The notes: generated by a model not told the origin, from the sequence alone. Shown: positions 36,524-50,047, numbered from the whole stretch's first letter. The stretch is DNA of 63,844 nt, filler included, from Diploschistes diacapsis (GCA_023645945.1; 12 parts of 12 records of this genome joined end to end with filler, not necessarily neighbours in it), one strand, 5' to 3'. A program made the numbers and translations.

Positions 36524-36997
36524 GATGGTGCAAACCTGGAAAAAAGCAACAGCTCTGCAATCAATTGGAACAAGTCGTTCACTTTGCAGGTCCCGTCCCG
36601 AAGTACACTTCCAGGTAGCAACTGGATAGGCTTGAGTTTCGGCAGGACGAGCACGAACGCCGGGGCCTGGCTTGTTTTGCATCAGATGGCGAAAACAGTG
36701 TGCAGGAAAAAGGAAAAGAAATGAGCTAGATCCCGAACACAAGGATAGGCTAGTGTGCTTTACATAATCGATGGTTACGCTACGAATCCCAACCTAATTC
36801 TATTTACTTTGGCGGTATGTGATATCTTTTGTTTCAAATGCTTTTTATCATCAACCCCATAATAAAAACCAAGTGCGGCGTGCTAATACTTAGATATAGC
36901 TGGAGCTTGTTTCTCGTAAGTCTTTCCATAGCGATCAACGACAAGCAATACACTAAGCATAGAATTATTAGTTTATCGCCCGTGACATGCGGTGAGG

Positions 36998-37553
36998 ATG
37001 TTGGCTATTAAACAGCCTAGATCCCGTTCAACAGCCGTACCGAATATCCTGCCGTGTGTTATTGCACATACGGGTTCAGTGGAATTGAACGCAAGCTTCT
37101 GGAAGCCTGCGCAGAACGCAAACACTGGTGAGTACTTGGGCTTTGCAGCCGATTTGCAGATCAACTTATGGATTCCTAGGCAACCCTGCAATAACATACT
37201 TCAGAGGACGTCGATTGCAAGGTCGTCAAATAAAGCTACCGGCCGGCTTCGGAGGTACTTTGGTGACAGCCCGATATGTTCAAGAGAGTAGCCCAGGAGC
37301 AAACGTTGCTATTGTTTCGGAAAATCCCGACTTAGATTCGGTGCTGCTAGAGGATCCCGAAAAAACTAGCAAGCGGCTCTCAGAAAGTGGCGAAACCGAG
37401 AATATCACAACAATGATAGGGGAAGAGAGCTTCGATTCGATTTGTGTATGGGATCACGAAATGCTGCCCGAAAAGCAAGATTGCTTTATTCGCGGTATAG
37501 AAGAGTGGGTCGAAATTGCAGATAAGATCCATGGCATGAAAGAAACAGTATGA
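36998..37553 (+). CDS. RNH203: Ribonuclease H2 subunit C (Rnh203/RNASEH2C), 2 exons
   Basis: PNILPCVIAHTG, TYFRGRRLQG, FDSICVWDHE, GIEEWVEIADKIH. Intron at ~37129-37179. Confidence 0.88.
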
Positions 37554-37749
37554 TCGGTGTTATCTAAGAAAAACCGTTTAGTTACTTGAAGGGCTTGTTT
37601 TAGGCTCGCGGACATTGTCACCCATGGCACCTTAATGTGTCAATTAGATGTTTCAATAGGCCTATGAACTATGTCCTTCGACCTGCTTCCAAATTAATAA
37701 AATGATCCAAGATAGTGGACATCCAAAGTTACCCAAAAATGTCTACCGT

Positions 37750-38680
37750 TTGTTACGATAAGAACCAATTAGAATTAAACATGAAGTCAGCCACAGCCAC
37801 CTTTCAGTACTATTTGGTTTAACTATGGCTCGCTTCGGTTATAATTATAATTACTATGGTTATAATATTACACGTAAAGGCAATAAGATACAGAATATTA
37901 ACCCGTGTGCTAAACATACCCGTCTAGCGAATTCGCCTATTCACTAAATTTTGTCCAAAATTTTAACAAAACGTGGCGAAACCAGTAAAACCAATGAAAC
38001 AAGGGAGACTAACGAAAATAAAGAAAGCAGCAAGGCAATTAACTTCTTACGTGTTGCAAGTAGTGGAAGTTTCCTAATATAAATGACAAATGACTAAGAT
38101 ATATTCAGCAGCTAATCCTAACTAGGAAATATTCCTAGCCTGCCTAGCCTACTTAGCTGACTATTATTCAGTAATGATATTGAAGATGACGAAGGTGATG
38201 TAACAATGGGGGTAGTGCCTAATAGGTAGCACTATCCCACTGAGCCAAAAGACTAACCACAATGCTTACAAGAACCCCGAAGCATTGTTTCCCTATTACA
38301 CTATATGTAGGTGCGCAGCTGTGGCAGCAGGGGGACCTGAGCCTCGGTGCGCACACGGCGGGTGTTACAAAATTTTTAATGAGCTGAAATAAAGATAAAA
38401 ATATCTTTTAAATATTTCGAATTTTTAATAAACGAAAAACGATGGGTTTTTAAACGTTTTGTAAGGTTTTTGGTATGGTATAGTGGTTAAAAAATACGAA
38501 AAAAAATTTCTTTACTCGATCGACGTTTAAATTTTCATTAAATTCCAATAACAAAATTGAATCGAATCGAATCGAATCTTATCGATTGAAAAAAGATTTA
38601 TCTTTTTTAAAACTCGATTTTTAAAGTTCAATAGAGATTAGAGTTTTTTATTATTAAGCTTTTCGGTTTTAAGGCTTAAT
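37750..38680. mobile_element. Small intergenic island of degenerate LTR/TE remnants
   Basis: AT-rich and TpA-rich. TGTTACG at 37751. 38058-38100 resembles the reverse complement of 30540-30580. 38199-38369 is bounded by TGTAACA...TGTTACA. Confidence 0.55.
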
Positions 38681-38947
38681 TTCGTAGTGAAACCTCACCG
38701 TGCCGAGATTTCCAAGGCTGCGGTGTCCATGCCATCAAACGGCCACACCAATTCTAATATCTTTAATAACAAGGATTCACTCCTTAGTTTAGGCCCGTGG
38801 TTTTCAATGTCCGTGTATAAAACTGGTATCTCTTCTACAATTGATCCTAGTACAAATAATTTATTACTTTGTACGAGGAGAGAAGCCGCCTACTAATATC
38901 TACTTCCACTCCCATCATTTTAAACGTTCTGTATTTGTCTATTGAAT

Positions 38948-39884
38948 ATGAGCGATAAGGGCATAACGAAGCTTTCCTCCTTTGGACACCGGCGAGGGCT
39001 TCCACGGCGCCGTTTCGCCGTATCCGCAATCCTGATATTGTCAATACTTTATTTAACGTTCCCGACGCAGATCCTGCTCCCATCTTGGTGGCATATTTAC
39101 ATGAGGGTTCACGAGTACCATTCAGTCGCTCTGAACCGATCTGTGGGCACCCAGACAAACCCGAACTTTGTCTCTTCGAAGACGAAGGTTAACCTTGAAG
39201 CCCACGTCATGGTATGAGGATGCCCGGTTCAGATGTCAATCCTAAACATTCTCAAGTCAAAATGCCCCGACGCTCGAGATTGCCTGAGGGACTTGATTGT
39301 TCCTTCAATGGAAGTCATTAGCGACTTAGTTGATTTCCAACTTTCTTTCATAGGATCGTAGGTTACTCTGGTCCAATATGGTGGATTAATGCTCTAACAA
39401 AAATCCAGAGTAAACGATATAGACGATTCTGTGCATTGCAAGCATGGTACGAATTCGAAAGCGGCTACTCAGAAACCCATTAATAACAAACATAGGTCCT
39501 GGCGAATGTCTTGGGAACATATTGGCACTCTGCGCACAGCACCTCTACCCAGGAAATCCCAAAGTATCTCTTGGATTTTCCAATTGCCTCATCTCGTCTT
39601 ACAAAGAAATTCCGGCTCGTTCCCTTGTCGAATCGTGCGCACTGGAGCATGCGGTCGACTTCGGCCGACTCAACGACTGTGCTAGCGATTATGGCCAGGG
39701 AGAGGAGCTGCTCAGAGCGAGTGTACTCAGAAGCCTGGAGGAAGGGGTCGTGTATAGCTGCACAGTGAGGGTAGATGGCGCCAAATGGTGCATCCGAGAC
39801 GGCGGCCACTGGAAAGAGTGCGAGAATGGGAGCAGTGTTAGTGCTTTGATAGCTGAAGTGAAGAAACGTAGCTCGGTCTCTTGA
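38948..39884 (+). CDS. GILT-like (gamma-interferon-inducible lysosomal thiol reductase family) protein, multi-exon
   Basis: N-terminal TM segment, KVNLEAHVM|SKCPDARDC, CKHG|PGECLGN, SCTVRV..WCIRDGG.WKEC. Confidence 0.85.
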
Positions 39885-41034
39885 TGATATAGACGTGCCC
39901 TTCGCAGTTCACGCGTGGGAGTGCATTCTACATGCCACAGTGATTATGATTCCTACTGCGCTGGTCATTGCAATAACGTGTTGTTGTCTACCTAGACTTT
40001 TACTGAAACTGCCAATAGAGTAGAAGACCAAGCTCCCAGAGCATGGCAGCAGATGGAAATTCTTGCGAAAATACTAAGATGACCCTGAAAGGCCTGCACC
40101 GGTTTGGATTACAATGTGCAGCCATGGTTTCAGCTACTGGCACGCTGCAGTTCCACCTTGAATCCATAATCACTGTACTGGATACTGTGTCATTCAGTCG
40201 CCATTAGGTAAAGGAGGATGTAATTACTGCATCCACTGTTGCTCGCACGCACACGTCACGGCGTTCTTGAAATAATATGCGTACACTAAGGATTTTTAAT
40301 TTCATCGACGAAAACTCAACCTCCGGGGCTCTTTCAACTCCGTCTCCAGGGAAAGGAAGTAGGGCGTGCTAGGATAGATGGGTAGAATCAAGTCTCAGGG
40401 GGCACTACCTGCTCGGCTCACTTCTCCACATACGATATAGTGTGCCTGCCAAGTAGTTTAGCTGATATAAAGAGTTGACTGTTTATTTACTGCCGCTTAT
40501 GGTGTGCCTAACTACTTTTGGCCTAGTACTGTCTGGAGAAAAAAGTGAGATTCAAATTATCACATGATACGAGCCTACCATCACCCCATACCAAATTTCC
40601 TGAGTTCAAACGGTGATGATTAGTAGTGGTAAAAGTGCTTTCCTTGGCTTCTGTCATTCCCCATCCAGCATATGTTGTCTGTCCTTGTTTTTCTTTGTGT
40701 TAGTTGCGCCCAACCAACTCTCTCCTTTGCCAATCCATCTAGGAATCGGAATTGCCACCATCAGTTAACTTTATTTATACTGCAACCATGCTCGTTTGGT
40801 CCATTTGCCACTACCTCAGTACTATCTGAAAGAGAGCAGCTTTTCAGATACAGGTCGACTGTCTCACCCCATATCGAAAAGAAGTTCATCTATCACTTTC
40901 GCAAAGAAATAGGATCTTATTTTGTTCCACTTTTGCTACAATACCTCCACGCTTGGCGACGAGACCGGGATCTGCTCATTGATACAGCCATTGCGTACCT
41001 CGAGACACAAATCAACAGAGATCCTGAAGAGGCT

Positions 41035-43192
41035 ATGCGTGAGTGACTAGAGATGTCCAGAAAGGCGAATAGCCTAAGATATACATAATCTGACTTATAT
41101 GTCTCCAGATAAACTTAAGAGATCCGCTCGTTATCAGAGCTGTAGGCATGAATTGCTTGCCCCACACAGCACCAGCTAACTCAATCATAGGGTATCCAGA
41201 TGAGGATGGACAGACCACGCTGAATCCTTTCAGCAAGGCCCGGAATCCGCGCAGAAAAGCAAGAAGGGTTGGTCAAGGGGAGCCGGAACTAAACCGCACA
41301 CAGAGCGAAGGAAATACATTAGACCATGCGGAGGTCACGAGAAAATCGCTTTATACTGGTCCTAGCGTAAACCATTTCAAGACCATGCCCGAACACTCGA
41401 GAGATGGACCATCTTCCAATGCCAACGCAGCTCGAGCCAACGATCTGCGAGACGGAGATATGTCGAACGGGTCAAGCTTGCCCACGGAAAACGGTGAGGA
41501 ATCCAATACCGACACCCAAGCAACGGGCGCCACTTGTGTCGGCGATCAAAACACAGAACGGCCAGAGCAGGAGGAGAAGGCACGTTCCAGTGGTCTATTT
41601 CGTGGCCTTCTAAGAAATCGTCACAATCAGAAGGACGAGGAGTCCCAAGTCCATTCACGTGGGTCAGAAGATGAAGAAGCTAAGAAGCCAAATTTCACCT
41701 TTTGGTCGCAGATACGGTACAGCCTGTTCAACTCTTGGGTCAACATCCTACTGGTCTGCGTGCCTGTTGGGATAGCCCTGCATTTTGTGGAAAGTGTAAG
41801 TCCCATTGTGGTTTTCGTTGTCAACTTCATTGCAATCATACCTTTGGCCGGAACCCTCAGTTATGCGACAGAAGAGATTGCCCTTAGGACGGGGGACACG
41901 ATTGGGGGTCTGTTAAACGCAACTTTTGGGTACATCCGATGCCAATCAGGAACATGGTTGAGGCTGATGTACTGTGCAGGAACGCTGTAGAACTTATTGT
42001 CTCCATCATTGCGCTGACAAAGCAGCAAATTGTCATCGTGCAAACCTCGCTCATTGGCAGTATCCTTTCTAACCTGCTTCTCGTGATGGGTAAGTCCTGA
42101 TTTTTCCAAGTCCCCTAAGAATAATTCATTGCTCCGGCGTGGCCTGATACCAGCAACCAGGCATGTGCTTCTTCTTTGGCGGCCTCAATCGAGTTCAGCA
42201 ATACTTCAATGTAACGGTTGCTCAAACAGCTGCGAGCTTGCTCGCTCTTGCTATTGGAAGCTTGATCATCCCAACAGCATTCAGTCGCTGGGCAAACGTT
42301 CAAACTACAACTTCAGACGACGCAGATGTGGCGAAGCTTATTACCGAGCTTTCTCGCGGTACTGCCATTTTGCTGCTTCTAGTTTATGGGTGCTACCTTT
42401 TCTTCCAATTACGAACACATGTTGATATTTACAACATGCCTAGCGAAAAGTCTCCCAAACGACGTGTTAAGGTCGGTAAGGGCGAAGCCTCCAAAGGTAT
42501 GGTTCAAGCTGTTGCAGGTATGTCTGCTACCGGTGCTGGCGCCTCCACGAGCGAGGAGATCAACGACAAGACTGCGGGATCAAGTGACGATGATAAGGAA
42601 GAGCCACAGCTCAGCTTGACGGTTGCGGTCGTTACCTTGGCCTGGTCGACTGTCTTCGTTGCTCTTTGCGCCGAATTCTTGGTTGATGCGATTGATGATG
42701 TGGTTACTCAGACGGGAGTATCCAAGACGTTCATTGGGCTGATTCTGCTGCCGATTGTTGGGAACGCAGCCGAGCATGCTACTGCTGTTACGGTAGCCTG
42801 CAAAGATAAGATGGATCTTGCAATCGGGGTGGCAGTCGGGTCCAGTATGCAGATTGCGTTACTTGTCTTGCCTCTTGTGGTGACAATTGGCTGGATTGCG
42901 CACATCGACACGATGAACTTCGATTTCGACCCGTTCGAGGTCATTGTTCTATTCGTTTCCGTCCTCCTTGGTGAGTATCCCTTGCCTTCAAGCAGGCCAT
43001 GCTACTTGGACTAATCTCGTAAGTCAATTACCTGATCGCGGATGGCAAATCGCATTGGCTTGAGGGTGTTTTGCTGCAGGTCCTTTATTTGATAATAGCT
43101 CTTTCAGCATGGTTCTTTCCAAACGTAAGGCTTCCAAACCCTCAGCTTTGCCTTATGGAGCTAAGCAACGGCAGGACGCAACTGCACTCTGA
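41035..43192 (+). CDS. Vacuolar Ca2+/H+ exchanger (CAX/Vcx1 family), multi-exon
   Basis: [13 protein letters not shown] and [12 protein letters not shown] alpha-repeats, [29 protein letters not shown]. The start is predicted at ATG C|GTGAGT (41035), giving [17 protein letters not shown]. Confidence 0.92.
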
Positions 43193-44059
43193 ACAATGTC
43201 GGGCACGACACTATCACGCTTTGGGGGTTGTCCAGGCAAGGACAAGCATGTGTATTTTTACACTGGCTATTGCTGGCATGGTGCTTGTATGTTCCATACA
43301 TTATTAAATCCGCTTCGAGTTTCAGGACAAGCTTCGTGTTTCTAGAAGCCCCTTGCAGCCCACGAGACAGGCGTCTCTGCATATAAAGGCTCCATAGAGC
43401 ATTTGCACTCTTGCTTTTCCCGGGTAGGCTAGGCTGTTCGATGCCCAATGCATATCAATCGATGGAGTTTTGAATGCACCTACACGAACCAAAGACGATG
43501 AGGTTGGTGATAGCTATGGACAGATGTCTTTCTGGAGACCTACTTTCGTAGTTGCTAGTATGCTACTTGCAAGTCGCCTCTGAAGGTACCAAAGTACCTG
43601 GGAGGTAGTTAGTTATACGTTCCCAGCAACCCTGAGTTCCCCAAGCGATGCAATCACGTAGAAACGATAACAAGTCGAATGTGTTCTAGAATCAAATAAT
43701 CCTGATGAGTACTAATGTAAGCTACCGACGGTACTCCCAGGATACCTCTCCACCGTTCTAAACACGGTGCATTCTTGTACGCTGCTTCCCAGTAGCTGCG
43801 TAGACCTGCCCCTGATGCGTCTCACGTCTTCTCATCCAATCTGACTGGGATGCCCAGCTCTTACATCTGCAACTACATCGAGTAACAAGATGGTGCATTT
43901 ATCGAGGGCTATTTTTTAATCGAAGCAGGGCTTGTCATCATTCCTAGAGCCCTCTGTGCGCCACTAGACTCAACATACGACTGCTAGCTATCAACTCGGA
44001 AGGGGCAACAGCGTTGTGGACAGGAAGCTCAGCAACGACCTTGCTCAGTTGTTACGACC

Positions 44060-47000
44060 ATGCTTGGGCGTTTACTACAGTCCGCAACAACAACCTTCAG
44101 TCAGCATGGGACGACACTTTCTCAAACTCCTCTTGAATCAATTACAGAAGAGACGCACACAAGGGATCTTCTCTACCCTGACCCTTCCACGCTACGCATT
44201 AATCCGCATAACAGCTTTCAATCCTTCGCAGGGAGGACACCTGCTACTCCGAAAGATGCTGGAAGCTTTGATGATCGTGGTGGTCTGGATATTACCTATC
44301 CGAGCGATGTCAGAATCATCATCGCACAGGATGCGAACTCTCGGCATCAGTCGCCTCAAGTTCTTTATGATAGCAAGAATCCAAAGCATACTGCCCTACA
44401 AAATCGGGTATCTAGTGATGAGATAAGTACATGTAGCGAATTAAAACCTGCCACTAGGCCAAAATCTATGACCACACAGCTACCGCAAACGCGCAAGGAA
44501 TCCACCCCGAACTCATGTTTTTCCAGCTCAAAAGCTACAGCAACGTCACCACTATCCCCTCGTGAATTCTCAAAATTGAAAAACTTCCGAGCAGAGTCTG
44601 GATCAGCTGCTCCGCTGGCTTCAGATACGTGTGCTAGCGAGGTCGAAGCCGCACAAGCAAGGGCAGCTACAGATGAGAAAGAGGACACGGAGGCCCTGCT
44701 AGGGTGTGTATTCGGAGCCGCAGGTTTTCGACTCGAAGCGAGCACCAAGCTTCATATCATTCCAAAAAGAAGTGCAGATGACGCCGAAGCAGAAAGCAAA
44801 ACTCCTAACCCATTCCGGCCTACCACATCAGGCGGCTTCCCATGGAAGAGAGCACCTTCGTTAAGGCCGGGTTGTGTCAACGGAGCCGATGGCCCTAGTC
44901 TAGGCGGGACTCGCATCGAAAGCCGGGCAATCGTTTCCGCTAGACCTGCAATCATGTTCACGAGGCTTTTCAGTGTCAACCTACCAGATTCGACTAACCA
45001 TTCCGGGCAAGAGGATTTATCGCTAGAAGAAGTCCGTGATGTGCAAACGGTGACTTCTCCTGGAACTTCTGCCGCCAGCACGGCAGCATCTAGCCAAGTA
45101 CCAACGCATTGTAAGCAGAAACGGGTCCCAATGTATGCTGTCACTGTTGTTCTACAGCTACCGGAAGAGAATAGCAACGGCAAATTACGTGGCAAAAACT
45201 CTCCGGTTGCAGTACCTGCACCGGGCTTCTCACCTAGCGAGACTTTTCTTGCAAGCCTGTGGCGTACAGAGCATGGCTTTCCTCCGTCCTCGTCAAGTGG
45301 CCAAGCGGGCTTGATCTTCGACCCTGCGCTTAGATTTAATATATCCCATATACTTCGCCATTGGAAGTTTCTGGATCGGTCCATGGAGCTGCTGGAAATA
45401 GCTGTACGATCCCATATCCGTGGACTGCTGGAAGCCATTCGACTTGGCCCCATCATCTTCGCTACACCTAGCAGCAGCGGGCCACGGAAATCCAAGCGGC
45501 CTAAACAGCCGATGCAGCAGAACGTATACGTCCAGCCTGGATGTTTGCAAGATAGCGCTTCGGTCCGCAAAGAAGTCACTTCAATCATCCAGACCATCGC
45601 TTCCGGCTTAAGGCCACGAAGAGTGGTTACGGGTCAAAGTCGGTGGGGTGCGTGGAAAGAGGAGGCAAGATGGGTTGGCAAATGGGCCGGGAGTCGAGAG
45701 CAGAACTTCTTCTTTTACGTTGTCCTGACAGCGTTCTTGGGCAGCCACACCGCCTGGCTCCAATCGCTAAGTCCTATTTGGTACAAAAGGCAACACGCAC
45801 TACAGCAGCGACTGCGTTCTCAGGATGACAATAGTATCAAGCAAAGAACTGTGATTATCGCGAGCGACAAGATGGCTGCAAGAAGATTGTTGTTTCTGCT
45901 TGCAGCATTTTTGCCAGGTTCGGCTAGCAACGCGAACCCGCAAGCGCCGATCAAGTCGCTGACCGATCAATCAAATTCTGAGGACTCTCCTATCTCATCT
46001 ACAGGGAAGGGCCAGTTCTCGCAAGGTACAGCTGCCAAGGCGCGCAAGATTCACCAGCTACCTGAGAGCTCCAACGGTCATGCCCGATCGGTAAGTTTTT
46101 CGGTCATTGAAAACAAAGCGGTTCAACGGCCTTCCGTTGGCCAAGATCGACGAGGTTCCGATGCCAGGTCAATAAGGATTCCGTCCCTAGCAATACCAAG
46201 ACAATCTCACGGACTGAGGAAAGCTTCTACCTCCACCTTGATTACAAAGCCGGATCTCCCAGTACCTCATTTTACAACCCCATCCACGGCCACCCAATTA
46301 GTGAAAACGGCTGACCAACGGCTGGAAGGTAGTGGCAGTTTGGCATCAGTAGCTCTCACCCATAATTTGAAGCCCTCCGAGAGCACGTCTGCGAGTACTA
46401 GTGGCTCAGCTATCCGCTGGGGCAGCGTTGCGAGCGGGTTCTGGGGCGATCGGAGGAATTCTTCTACGGATGTCAGTGAGAACAGTGGTGTACCTCGTGC
46501 CAGTGCCACAGGCAGGAATGTTATCAATGAGAGTCCGAGCAAGTTGAGGCCCACCAAACTGGCCCGGATGGTCAACGAGGTTCAATCTTCGAGCGACGGT
46601 GGCAAGCACGATCAACATGAGCTGGTTGCTCAGGCAGCATCTGGGGCTCTGCCCTTCAAAGAGCGCATTCGGGAGCCACTTCTATCTGGGAAAGGATCAT
46701 TGGCAAGAGATATTCCGGCTAAGCCAAAGACGGAGCGCATGCCCCTTAAACTTTCTTTAAACGACGAGGACGGCTACCTGGACGTCTCCTTGTCCCCAAA
46801 TGGTTCTTGGCAATCTTCGATAGCGTCTTCATTTGCGTCCTCATGGACTCCAGCCACGGTACCGCCAGGCTTCAACGAAAACCAGAATGCTCATGAGCCT
46901 TCCATATCCGGAGCATTGACCCAACGCTCGGATCCTTTCATTGAAGTGGCCGGATGGCTACAAAGTTATCACCCTGGTTTCGAGCTGCAGGCTGTGGCAC

Positions 47001-47668
47001 CGTACGATACTCTGTTGGACGACATACGGGCTTCCATGTGTGCAGACTCAAAGCTAGCATCTCCACCCAAATCGGGCGCAGACTTCGGACCCGGACAGTG
47101 GACTGACGTCTGCGCAATTCTTGTGGCTGATGCTACCACGTTTACCATAAAGCGATTACGCCTGGTCAGGCAGAGGAAAGTAGTGCCAACCAGCCCGGCC
47201 ACAATTGAAGATGTATCAGCATGTGACCCCACTTCCCATAACGTAAAGATCGTTACCGAGCCGGTTATGGACATTGATGCCACCCTGACTGATGCTATAG
47301 AGCGTTTACTGACACAGTCCGAGAGAACGTCTCGCACACATTCGCGTGCTCCTTCCCCCAGGCCAGTGCGTGAATCATTGGGCAATCCGGGGAGCGCAAG
47401 CGCTGAGGGAAGATCGCGAACCGTTGGGCTGGAGGGTGGCTCGCTCCCCTCCAGTTTGGGAGGTTCCATAGAACAAGTCAATGTTCTCTCTTTAGACTGC
47501 CAAAGGACGGTCATTGGGGCACTGCAGGAAATTGTCAAAGGGGTCGTTGAGGAACGACAGAATTCTGGTGATACCAGGGGAGGAAGGCATGTGGTGTCTG
47601 ACAGCACTCTCAGAGAAGGTGTTAGGAAGTGGCTAGGAGATGTCGAGGGTAGTGCACGAGGGGTTTGA
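44060..47668 (+). CDS. Folliculin-interacting protein (FNIP/Lst4)-like protein, 1202 aa, single exon
   Basis: MLGRLL..., DVRIIIAQDA, LLGCVFG...STKLHIIP, RTVIIASDKMAARRLLFLLAAFLP resemble fungal FNIP_N-domain proteins. Confidence 0.72.
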   Translation: MLGRLLQSATTTFSQHGTTLSQTPLESITEETHTRDLLYPDPSTLRINPHNSFQSFAGRTPATPKDAGSFDDRGGLDITYPSDVRIIIAQDANSRHQSPQVLYDSKNPKHTALQNRVSSDEISTCSELKPATRPKSMTTQLPQTRKESTPNSCFSSSKATATSPLSPREFSKLKNFRAESGSAAPLASDTCASEVEAAQARAATDEKEDTEALLGCVFGAAGFRLEASTKLHIIPKRSADDAEAESKTPNPFRPTTSGGFPWKRAPSLRPGCVNGADGPSLGGTRIESRAIVSARPAIMFTRLFSVNLPDSTNHSGQEDLSLEEVRDVQTVTSPGTSAASTAASSQVPTHCKQKRVPMYAVTVVLQLPEENSNGKLRGKNSPVAVPAPGFSPSETFLASLWRTEHGFPPSSSSGQAGLIFDPALRFNISHILRHWKFLDRSMELLEIAVRSHIRGLLEAIRLGPIIFATPSSSGPRKSKRPKQPMQQNVYVQPGCLQDSASVRKEVTSIIQTIASGLRPRRVVTGQSRWGAWKEEARWVGKWAGSREQNFFFYVVLTAFLGSHTAWLQSLSPIWYKRQHALQQRLRSQDDNSIKQRTVIIASDKMAARRLLFLLAAFLPGSASNANPQAPIKSLTDQSNSEDSPISSTGKGQFSQGTAAKARKIHQLPESSNGHARSVSFSVIENKAVQRPSVGQDRRGSDARSIRIPSLAIPRQSHGLRKASTSTLITKPDLPVPHFTTPSTATQLVKTADQRLEGSGSLASVALTHNLKPSESTSASTSGSAIRWGSVASGFWGDRRNSSTDVSENSGVPRASATGRNVINESPSKLRPTKLARMVNEVQSSSDGGKHDQHELVAQAASGALPFKERIREPLLSGKGSLARDIPAKPKTERMPLKLSLNDEDGYLDVSLSPNGSWQSSIASSFASSWTPATVPPGFNENQNAHEPSISGALTQRSDPFIEVAGWLQSYHPGFELQAVAPYDTLLDDIRASMCADSKLASPPKSGADFGPGQWTDVCAILVADATTFTIKRLRLVRQRKVVPTSPATIEDVSACDPTSHNVKIVTEPVMDIDATLTDAIERLLTQSERTSRTHSRAPSPRPVRESLGNPGSASAEGRSRTVGLEGGSLPSSLGGSIEQVNVLSLDCQRTVIGALQEIVKGVVEERQNSGDTRGGRHVVSDSTLREGVRKWLGDVEGSARGV

Positions 47669-47951
47669 CAGTGACCTTCATTTTGCATAGAAGAGGCGTG
47701 GAGCTAGCTGACAAGAGGTGGGTGGTGTTCGATCTTGCATCTTGTGCGTTCCGAGCGATTCATCGTGATACCCATTAGATTATTCCTCCCGACTTCAATA
47801 CTACTCAGGCAGTGAGTGAGGTTTACATGTGCCTAAACTCCACTACTTGCTGCCTTGATTTGACCATGTAGATGGGTCCAAGTCACCTGCCGATTTCAGT
47901 AATCTCAACCTTGAGCATCCAGTCATAGAAAGCCTCCCAATCGATTGCATA

Positions 47952-49821
47952 CTACCAATTCCATGTACGGCTGCTAGCGTTGAAAACTGGTGGTTTCCAA
48001 CTTAGCCGTTCAGGATCGATTCTTCGCTTCCCCTTGGTTGTCTCTTTCTCCTTCGTCCGCTCATAATGCTGCACTAGTATATCGGTAAGAACGATGACAT
48101 GGTTTCCTTTGGAGTATCGGAGCATATTCAGATTCTGCAGAGTGTGCAACACGTCTTGAGTGGTCATTGCAGTGGTAGCACTGATATCCTCGATGCTGAT
48201 CTCTTTACGTCCTTCCTCCTCCATCAAGATTGTAACTATTGTTTCTTGCCAATAGGCTCGATATCCCAGGAGGCCCAGATCACTGAGAGGCTTCTCAGGG
48301 CTGCCAAGCTTGCCTTCCCTCTTACTAAGCTCATAGGAAAAGGCGATGAGAAGACGACCGTATCCTTTACGCTGATATTGCGGCAGGGTCATGATGCAGG
48401 CCACGTTATAGCCCTCGGCTGATTCCTTTTCTTTCGAGAAATAACCAACCAGGTGACAGCCTTGACTGTCACGAGTGGTCATACAATAGAACAGAAATGG
48501 GTCAACGTCGTAAAACAAGGTCTTATGATCAAGGAAAAGCTTGCTAAGGAGACAGAGGTTTCGACACCAAGTTCTTTGCCTGCGGCCATCAATCTCGAAG
48601 AATGACACGTAATCGTCACGGTAGATCTCGTTGCCTGGAGGGTGCAGAAGGGTGCACTTATTTCGATGTCTCTCAAATATGCGCGCGGTGTCGAAGTATG
48701 AGAGGCAGAACTCGCAAATGTACACGATATCGGCCTCTGTATATGATACAGGGTACGGAGAGAAGTACCATGGCTCAATTTCGTATTCCCCAAAGGCTAT
48801 TTTGCTAAGGTTCCGCACCCTGGAAATCTCCGTCTGGTTTTGCGTTAACGATCCTGATGTCCGTAATTTCTCGATTTCCTCTTCGCGGGAGTAGTTGGCT
48901 GGTTCTGTGGTGCCAGCTTTAGCCGCTGCCGCTGCATCCTGCACTTCAACAACATCGAGCTCTTCTTCTTCGGGTCTTGGAGTACCTGCCTGAACTTCTG
49001 GCGCAAGAACCGATATCGAGGTATCCGAGGCTTGGCGGTTGTTCTCCTTTCCGCTAGCAAGGCTTGGACGGGGGGCTGCGTTTTGGTTTCCATTTGATGT
49101 TCCTAGCGAAGGAGTGGGGGAGAACTCCTTTTTGAGAGCCGAAAATGGATGAGGTCGCTTCTGTCCCGCTGTGGCCTTGGTGATTTTCTGGGTAGAAGCC
49201 TTCGGAGGTTTTTTGGAGGTTGCCTCGGGCTGAGGCCACTCGACTTCTGAAGAAAGATCAAGCCGCTCAGGTGGGATCCATTCTGTGATGTCTATCAGTA
49301 CTGGCCTCCAGGAGGGATAGTTCGAAGGCACCGTCTAATCTCTTGTTGAAATCTTCATAATGCACACTGCAAGAATTAGCATATTCCAAACGAACATCAC
49401 ATCTAGCGTACTAATAGCTAGTTTGCCCCTTCCTAGTTTGTATAGAGAGAATTTCTGCCTTTCGCTTGAATCCATCCTACACAATACTGTATCAGCTGCA
49501 GTCTTTATTTCTGCGGTCGCATGGCGCTTAAGCAAGCAGCCTACACAAATTTCACTGTGCACAGAAGATTGATAGTATACAAAAGAAACATGAGGAGCGC
49601 CGATAGTTTCGTTCAGAAGCGAAATGGAAAAATGGAGATGTCCACACCTTTTCCACCCATGCTTTGACTCCGATTCTATGAAAGCGATATTAGCTTATAA
49701 CTAGAACAATGCACGAAGCTACTCGAACACGAATAAACCTTAAAGTATTAAATGATGCGAAGCCCTTGTCAGCTGGATCGGGGGTATGCGTGCGGTCTCG
49801 CGATGCATCCCTCGGTGCCAT
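47952..49821 (-). CDS. ESA1: NuA4 MYST histone acetyltransferase Esa1 (several small 5' exons)
   Basis: Tudor-knot [78 protein letters not shown]. Confidence 0.96.
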
Positions 49822-49984
49822 TTTTGTGTGTCGAAGATGAACAGGCGATCGAGCAAAGTAACATATGCCAGCAGTGCTCTTGCTGAGGTAATCGGTGCTC
49901 TCCAATGCTAAAGACCGCTCTTCCACAAATGTAATTATAACGGCGACATGCTTCAAGGTTGGAAGAACAGGTAAATACCTGCAA

Positions 49985-50047
49985 ATCACGTGACGATATT
50001 TAAAGCTATAGTTAGTAGCTGATGATTATCACATGACGCGTCACATG
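49985..50047. promoter_or_regulatory. Three RTCACRTG (Cbf1/E-box-type) motifs plus ACGCGT in the ESA1-UMP1 divergent promoter
   Basis: ATCACGTG at 49985, ATCACATG at 50028, ACGCGT at 50036, GTCACATG at 50040. Confidence 0.5.

Noticed and set aside
38199..38369. 171-nt segment with TGTAACA/TGTTACA ends as an intact solo LTR
   Set aside because: Flanks (GGTGA / AAATT) give no target-site duplication and there is no second copy in the window. Kept only as part of the TE patch.
40672..41046. 124-aa ORF upstream of the Ca2+/H+ exchanger
   Set aside because: No recognisable motif. Its end overlaps the predicted exchanger start at 41035, so it is probably 5' UTR.
16598..47688. Long antisense ORFs (e.g. 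16598-17395, 44752-45597, 46969-47688)
   Set aside because: They fully overlap well-supported genes on the other strand and show no motifs.
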